A stretch of 64,000 nt of DNA from the IMG/VR virus record IMGVR_UViG_3300006925_000013, positions 1-64,000 of that record; one strand, 5' to 3'. The translations under genes and the position numbers were made by a program. This document shows, piece after piece, positions 58,894 through 64,000 of the stretch. This DNA is from an uncultured virus (IMG/VR IMGVR_UViG_3300006925_000013). Its lineage: Duplodnaviria; Heunggongvirae; Uroviricota; Caudoviricetes. The notes under the pieces were generated by a model. The model did not search any database, was not told the origin of the DNA, and worked only from the letters and a program-made list of their open reading frames with translations. Numbering within the stretch: position 1 is the first letter of the stretch; every line of letters begins with the position of its first letter.

Positions 58894-59885
58894 TGAAATA
58901 CATTTTAGTTGACACACTTAACATGTTCTTTAGAGCAAAACATGTGACTGCTCGTACTAGCGATATTGATATGAAAGTTGGTATGGCAATGCACATCATG
59001 TTTAATAGTGTAAAGAAAGTGTGGAGAGAGTTTGATGGTGATCATGTAATATTCTGTTTAGAAGGACGTTCATGGCGTAAAGACTTTTACGAACCTTACA
59101 AGAAGAATAGAAAGGTCACAATGGATCAAAGGTCTCCTAGTCAACAAGAAGAAGATGAAATATTTTTTGAAGCATACGATCACTTTGTTGATTACTTAAA
59201 GACTAAGACTAATTGTACTGTATTACATCAACCACAATCTGAAGCAGATGATTTAATTGCTATGTGGACACAAGAACACCCAAATGACGAACACGTTATT
59301 GTTAGCACAGACAGTGACTTTTATCAACTTATAAGCAATAACATCAGTCAGTATAATGGTGTAACAGACCAAATAGTAAAGATAGATGGCATATACGAAG
59401 CAAAGACTATGAAACGTGCTATTGATAAAAAGACACAAGAGCCTAAAGCAGTACCAGACCCTAAATGGTTACTGTTTGAAAAGTGTGTAAGAGGTGATAC
59501 ATCAGATAACATCTTCTCTGCTTTTCCAGGTGCTAGAAAGAAAGGCAGTAAAAACAAAACAGGTATGCTAGAAGCCTATGCTGATATGGAACGTGGAGGC
59601 TTTGACTACAATAACTTTATGTTACAACGTTGGGTAGATCACAATGAGCAAGAGCACAGAGTAATAGATGACTTTGAACGTAATAAAATACTTATTGATC
59701 TTACACAACAACCAGATGAAATTAAAACTGCTATTAGAGAAGTATTTAACGAATCATCTAACAAAGACAAAGTGCAAAATGTAGGAATACATTTTATGAA
59801 ATTCTGTAACAAGTGGAATATGCCTAAACTTACAGATGCCGCAACAGAATTTGGAGAAATACTTAACGCATGTCAGAAACAATAA
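58893..59885 (+). CDS. rnh: RNase H/5'-3' flap exonuclease (T4 rnh-like)
   Basis: ILVD, SWRK.FY.PYK.NR, EADD, STDSD, GDTSDNI. Confidence 0.88.
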   Translation: MKYILVDTLNMFFRAKHVTARTSDIDMKVGMAMHIMFNSVKKVWREFDGDHVIFCLEGRSWRKDFYEPYKKNRKVTMDQRSPSQQEEDEIFFEAYDHFVDYLKTKTNCTVLHQPQSEADDLIAMWTQEHPNDEHVIVSTDSDFYQLISNNISQYNGVTDQIVKIDGIYEAKTMKRAIDKKTQEPKAVPDPKWLLFEKCVRGDTSDNIFSAFPGARKKGSKNKTGMLEAYADMERGGFDYNNFMLQRWVDHNEQEHRVIDDFERNKILIDLTQQPDEIKTAIREVFNESSNKDKVQNVGIHFMKFCNKWNMPKLTDAATEFGEILNACQKQ

Positions 59886-60049
59886 GAAAAATATGGGATG
59901 CCATTAAGTATGGTCCAGAGGAAACGTTGGTTACATTTGAATCACCTGATAAAGGTAAAACAGTATTTCAATGTACATCAACAACAAATAAAAGAACAGG
60001 ACAAATAACAAGACAACGAGAGTTGATTAAGGAGAATAATGATGAGTAA
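59870..60049 (+). CDS. 59-aa hypothetical protein (ESPDKGKTV motif)
   Basis: GGAG SD; fills the gap; below cutoff. Confidence 0.55.
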   Translation: MSETIRKIWDAIKYGPEETLVTFESPDKGKTVFQCTSTTNKRTGQITRQRELIKENNDE

Positions 60050-60563
60050 AAAAGCAACAATTAAGAAGGTTGATGATGCAAGTTGGCTAGTAATAGATCA
60101 ACATCGTGGGAACGTAGGTGTCTTATATCAAAATGTCCAAGGTGATTATGAATACTTGGCAAGTGATATTAAGGAAAAATTTAAAAGCGATCGAGCAGTA
60201 GAAAAGTACTTTGGTGCTAGAGTATTCCAGCAACAAACTGTTGAAAGTGCAATACAACCAGATAAAATGTTTATTGCAGGATTTGAAATACCTTTTCCAT
60301 CACCTGAACTTATTACACCTGACCACCCTGAGTACACAAAAGATGTACCACTATTCAGTAAAACTGCAAACAGCGATGTATTGTATGCGGCAGGTTGGTA
60401 TGCTATTAACTTTGAGAAAGGTTGGAAACATGGTTACTGTCCTAAAGCAAGTACACTATTCCAATATGGCTACGAAGGCCCTTTTAAAACCAAGGATGAA
60501 TTAAGATTCAGACTTAAAGAACTTAATAAGATCAAAAGAAATGAAATTAAAAACTCTGATTGA
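60039..60563 (+). CDS. hypothetical phage protein
   Basis: AAGGAG SD. Confidence 0.7.
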   Translation: MMSKKATIKKVDDASWLVIDQHRGNVGVLYQNVQGDYEYLASDIKEKFKSDRAVEKYFGARVFQQQTVESAIQPDKMFIAGFEIPFPSPELITPDHPEYTKDVPLFSKTANSDVLYAAGWYAINFEKGWKHGYCPKASTLFQYGYEGPFKTKDELRFRLKELNKIKRNEIKNSD

Positions 60564-60711
60564 GAATCTTAAATACTATAAGTCTATCGGAAGTTCTGAA
60601 GTAACATTGGACATTAACGATTTACTTGAAGCATTACAAGACGTATCAAAAGTCGATGAGATAAAACCAAAGAAAAGCCTAACGTTGAATGCCGATGGCG
60701 GCAAGTTCTAG
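60541..60711 (+). CDS. 56-aa hypothetical protein ending DGGKF
   Basis: Fills the gap; below cutoff. Confidence 0.5.
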   Translation: MKLKTLIENLKYYKSIGSSEVTLDINDLLEALQDVSKVDEIKPKKSLTLNADGGKF

Positions 60712-60985
60712 TTTTTTAACAAGGCAACATGGTTTCGTGAGTTTTAACAAAGGTACATACAACGCCAAATATAAATACAATTACAAAATGCCTAGTTATG
60801 GTATTAATCATCATTACTTAAAATGGTGCGAAGATAATATAACAAATGGATTTGGTTGGTGGTTTAAAAGAACTGAGCCTTATATTACCGAACCACACAA
60901 AGACGATAGGGCATTTGTAAGTTTTAAAACAAAAGAAGACCATGCTAAATTTACTTGGTATATGTTAAAGCAAAATGAAAATTGA
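60689..60985 (+). CDS. hypothetical protein
   Basis: Tiles operon. Confidence 0.6.
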   Translation: MPMAASSSFLTRQHGFVSFNKGTYNAKYKYNYKMPSYGINHHYLKWCEDNITNGFGWWFKRTEPYITEPHKDDRAFVSFKTKEDHAKFTWYMLKQNEN

Positions 60986-61205
60986 AATATATACAAAAAC
61001 TACATGTCCTTATAGCACTATGGCAAAACAAGTGTTAGATCTTAATGGATATGAATTCACAGAAACAGTATTAGATGATGACGATAAACGCACACAATTC
61101 TACGAAAGTTGCGGAGATAACGTTAATACTGTACCACAAATATTCGTAGATGGAGAAAGAATAGGAGGTTTTCAACATCTTCTTAGGTCAAAACTAATTA
61201 ATTAA
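60975..61205 (+). CDS. glutaredoxin (monothiol CPYS)
   Basis: IYTKTTCPYS, TVPQIF, IGGF. Confidence 0.88.
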   Translation: MKIEIYTKTTCPYSTMAKQVLDLNGYEFTETVLDDDDKRTQFYESCGDNVNTVPQIFVDGERIGGFQHLLRSKLIN

Positions 61206-61253
61206 AGTATGTTTTAACTGTATTTTAGATAAATAAAAGTACAGGAGACATAC

Positions 61254-61568
61254 ATGAGTAGACCAAAACCAACAGTAATTTTAGAGCATCACGATACTAC
61301 AAATTATAAAACAGAGCAGGTACTAGCGGCTGGAAACGTTTTTAGTGTGTTCTTTCAAGGTTCGCCAATTAATCTAAGAACTATGCATTCTTACTTAGAT
61401 TATCCTGGACCAAAGTATAAGAAAACTAGTTTTTCTAATCCTGGACATGCATTTAACTTAGCAGAGCGGCTAAACAAACAATTTAACACAGAAGAATTTT
61501 GTGTAGTTAAATTAGAAAGTGGGCCTGTTGTAAGTGAAGATGAAGTCAAAAATGGCAATTCAAAATAG
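61254..61568 (+). CDS. hypothetical phage protein
   Basis: Late promoter and AGGAG SD. Confidence 0.75.
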   Translation: MSRPKPTVILEHHDTTNYKTEQVLAAGNVFSVFFQGSPINLRTMHSYLDYPGPKYKKTSFSNPGHAFNLAERLNKQFNTEEFCVVKLESGPVVSEDEVKNGNSK

Positions 61569-61956
61569 TTTACAATATAAAATAGTAGATAAAATCAAAC
61601 AAGAATTAGATATTAGTCAGTATTCTGTACTTGACATTATGCCTTTGTTTTTTAAAAATCACAGGATTAGAGGTAACAAGGTTATAGGAGTTAGACTCAC
61701 CAAGTACGGTTTAACACTTATGGAAAAGAGTTTTACTTGCTATAATTTTAAACTAGATAACTTTAAATTATCAAACAAAGCAGTAGTTAAACTAGATCAA
61801 ACTATGCAATGGCCTTACTTTGTAGACAATAAAAAGTTAGTGCTATTCAGCGAAAAGGATTCTGTTATACTTAAACTGAAAGGTCAGAACTTGGAGAAAT
61901 GGTTACAAGGTCTCCGCAAACCAAAAAATCCTACCAAAGACGATCTCTCTGAGTAA
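61534..61956 (+). CDS. hypothetical protein
   Basis: Overlapping ORF; start uncertain. Confidence 0.6.
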   Translation: MKMKSKMAIQNSLQYKIVDKIKQELDISQYSVLDIMPLFFKNHRIRGNKVIGVRLTKYGLTLMEKSFTCYNFKLDNFKLSNKAVVKLDQTMQWPYFVDNKKLVLFSEKDSVILKLKGQNLEKWLQGLRKPKNPTKDDLSE

Positions 61957-62006
61957 ATATTAATGTACATTAACGTACATACACACTGACACACAAGGAG
62001 AAAATT

Positions 62007-62219
62007 ATGTCACAAGGAAAAAGTGGGTTCGAACTACGAACCGATATCTTAGGAATGGCAATGGGCATGTTAGAAAATAACAGAGACCAGGAAGTACATT
62101 CATTTTACAGTATCCCAGAAGATCACAGAGAAGGTAAATCAGCACCGGTTATCTGGATCTCTCCGGAGGAAGTAATCAATACAGCCAAAGAACTTTACGC
62201 ATTCGTTAACGAAAAGTAA
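62007..62219 (+). CDS. hypothetical protein
   Basis: AAGGAG SD after AC-rich leader. Confidence 0.75.
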   Translation: MSQGKSGFELRTDILGMAMGMLENNRDQEVHSFYSIPEDHREGKSAPVIWISPEEVINTAKELYAFVNEK

Positions 62220-62236
62220 GTATTTAGGTACTGTAT

Positions 62237-62263
62237 AAAAAAAGGGTCCTAGGACCCTTTTTT
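62237..62263. terminator. bidirectional terminator
   Basis: A7-GGGTCCTAGGACCC-T6 palindrome between convergent ORFs. Confidence 0.85.
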
Positions 62264-62274
62264 AGTGGTTGTGT

Positions 62275-62400
62275 CTACGATGCAATTATATCTTGCACGT
62301 TTTCCATACGACCTGATTTCATCAGTGTATCTAATTTTTTCCAAGTGACCAATGCGAAACGATGAGTTGCACTGGCTACTATTCCTAAGGACTTCGCCAT
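62275..62400 (-). CDS. 41-aa micro-protein MAKSLGIVASATHRFALVTWKKLDTLMKSGRMENVQDIIAS
   Basis: Minus-strand AGGAG SD, late promoter at 62513-62519, ends at terminator. Confidence 0.65.
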   Translation of the reverse strand: MAKSLGIVASATHRFALVTWKKLDTLMKSGRMENVQDIIAS

Positions 62401-62556
62401 GTTATTCTCCTGTGATATTCTAACATAACTGCTAGTAGGTTTGCAGTAACTTCATCCCTATTGGGCTCTGTTACAGAATACCAAACTCTATGTTACAATT
62501 ATGTTACAAAAGTATTTATCATTTGTACGAAAATCATACAATTTTTACTGAAAATA

Positions 62557-62600
62557 GGTTGACCAGTACCCCAAAATTTAGTATAATATATGCATAATTT
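62557..62600 (+). promoter_or_regulatory. early-type promoter
   Basis: GGTTGACC-17-TATAATATATGCATAATTT. Confidence 0.75.
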
Positions 62601-62620
62601 GTAAAAAGGTAGGAGTTTTT

Positions 62621-63091
62621 ATGTACAAAGTATTTCAAATCAAGTTAAGTGACGAAGTTACAGATTTCGTTAATTCTAACGACAGAGGACACACAGGTGC
62701 CGCTGAAAAATATCCTGAGTATAACGCACACATGGAAGTGATGCGAGGTGCTGAAGGTTTCAAGGGAGAAATGTTTAATCATTATACCCAAGTTTGTGAA
62801 GTTGCTCACTTTGAAGACAGCAACTTAGAAGAAGTATTCAAAATTTTGAATGGTTACTACTATGATGACGACACTGGTTTAGATCAGTGGTTCGACACAT
62901 TCGTAAGTGGTTTCAAAATGAAGACGTTCACTAGGAAAGATGGTGAGGTTGTTACATATCGTGACATGCATTCTCTTTCAGTTGGCGACATTGTATTTGA
63001 TTCAGTTGATGATTCATATCACATTGTTGATAGTTGGGGTTTTAAGGACATCACTTCTGATGTTCTTTCAGGAGTTCAACAAGTAGCATAA
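62621..63091 (+). CDS. YodL-like domain protein
   Basis: LEEVFKILN...HSLSVGDIV...VDSWGF. Confidence 0.6.
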   Translation: MYKVFQIKLSDEVTDFVNSNDRGHTGAAEKYPEYNAHMEVMRGAEGFKGEMFNHYTQVCEVAHFEDSNLEEVFKILNGYYYDDDTGLDQWFDTFVSGFKMKTFTRKDGEVVTYRDMHSLSVGDIVFDSVDDSYHIVDSWGFKDITSDVLSGVQQVA

Positions 63092-63306
63092 TGGAATACG
63101 TCGAATCTTTGGATTATAAAATCCGTTACTTAGATAAATTTAGTGCTAGGGCAGGTAAACATAATTGGATATCTGACCCTAAAACTTATTCTGATAGTGA
63201 CGTTTTCCTTAGGTTAGATGAGTTACAAGCATTAGGCTACTTGGTTGAATTAACTTTTAATTTAAAAAATAAGAAAGAAAAGGTTGACCTAGGTCAGGTT
63301 TTTTAG
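63091..63306 (+). CDS. hypothetical protein
   Basis: Coupled start; 3' end overlaps next promoter. Confidence 0.5.
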   Translation: MEYVESLDYKIRYLDKFSARAGKHNWISDPKTYSDSDVFLRLDELQALGYLVELTFNLKNKKEKVDLGQVF

Positions 63307-63322
63307 TATAATATATACATAT
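63282..63322 (+). promoter_or_regulatory. early-type promoter
   Basis: GGTTGACC-17-TATAATATATACATA. Confidence 0.75.
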
Positions 63323-63347
63323 TAAATAATTTCGTAGGAGTAATTAT

Positions 63348-64000
63348 ATGTCAGATAACATTCGAACAGTAAAACTAAGCAGGGCAAAGAACCACATCAA
63401 ACGTGCTTTCTCTAAAAAACGTCCTGTATTCATTTGGGGTCCTCCAGGAGTTGGTAAGTCCGACGTACTGGCTCAGATCGCTGAAGAAGGTAACAACCTT
63501 TTAATTGATTTGAGAATGGCTTTGCTAGACCCAACAGATATCAAAGGGTATCCTTACAGAGATGAGGACACTAACAAAATGATGTGGGCGGCACCTGCCG
63601 AACTACCATCAGAAGAACTTGCTAGTCAGTATGAAACTGTCTTCTTGTTCTTAGACGAACTTAACTCTGCACCTCCAAGTGTGCAGGCAACTGCTTACCA
63701 GTTGATCCTTAACCGTAGGGTTGGACAATATGTATTACCAGATAACGTGGTAATTGCGGCGGCTGGTAATAGAGACACTGATAAAGGTGTTACTTACAGG
63801 ATGCCAAGTCCTTTAGCAAACAGATTCCTTCACTTAGAAGTTGAAGTTAATCATGACGATTGGCAGTCTTGGGCAGTTGATAATGACATCAACCCAGATG
63901 TTGTTGGTTACTTGGCTTTTGCTAAACAAGACCTTTTTGACTTTGATCCAAAGAGTTCAAGCAGGAGTTTTGCTACTCCTAGGTCTTGGGCATTCGTTAG
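63348..64000 (+). CDS. MoxR-like AAA+ ATPase (truncated by window end)
   Basis: WGPPGVGKS, LFLDELNSA, AAGNR, LANRF. Confidence 0.85.
   Translation, partial: MSDNIRTVKLSRAKNHIKRAFSKKRPVFIWGPPGVGKSDVLAQIAEEGNNLLIDLRMALLDPTDIKGYPYRDEDTNKMMWAAPAELPSEELASQYETVFLFLDELNSAPPSVQATAYQLILNRRVGQYVLPDNVVIAAAGNRDTDKGVTYRMPSPLANRFLHLEVEVNHDDWQSWAVDNDINPDVVGYLAFAKQDLFDFDPKSSSRSFATPRSWAFV

Noticed and set aside
1..64000. Stop-codon reassignment
   Set aside because: Genes tile densely under the standard code, TAA/TAG/TGA all end genes, and no suppressor tRNA is present.
1..64000. Bacterial chromosome or integrated prophage
   Set aside because: Host-like genes are interspersed with T4-like late promoters and phage replication/structural genes; no integrase, rRNA or host operon structure is seen.

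Overview
A 64-kb, AT-rich, densely coding, almost entirely plus-strand segment of a large dsDNA tailed phage (T4-superfamily or jumbo-myovirus-like). The host is probably a Gram-negative aquatic proteobacterium, inferred from the spanins, an outer-membrane barrel and an alternative oxidase. Core functions include two tRNAs (Glu, Ala), a family-B DNA polymerase, sliding clamp, clamp loader, RNase H-like 5'-3' nuclease, a truncated DnaE-like ORF, ClpA, ClpP, DnaJ and a GroES-like protein, lysis genes and collagen/fibre structural genes. Auxiliary enzymes include NadE, AOX, SufE, PhoH, two B12-type radical SAMs, a BtuM-like transporter, 2OG-Fe(II) oxygenases, sulfotransferases, UDP-sugar enzymes and a lipase. 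The most notable region (46.2-57.9 kb, directly behind polymerase and clamp) is a 7-deazaguanine DNA-modification locus: DpdA/TGT-like, DpdL/QueD-like, FolE, QueE and a PRTase, with no QueC seen. It is interleaved with a glycosyltransferase, GalE and sulfotransferases, and the glycosyltransferase and the PRTase-folE-queE block share a near-identical 32-bp promoter. Other signals are apparent window-wide avoidance of AGCT and GCWGC, many apparently leaderless genes, structured leaders on micro-ORFs and an ACP-like protein lacking its serine. All family calls are motif recognition by eye; no database searches were run.
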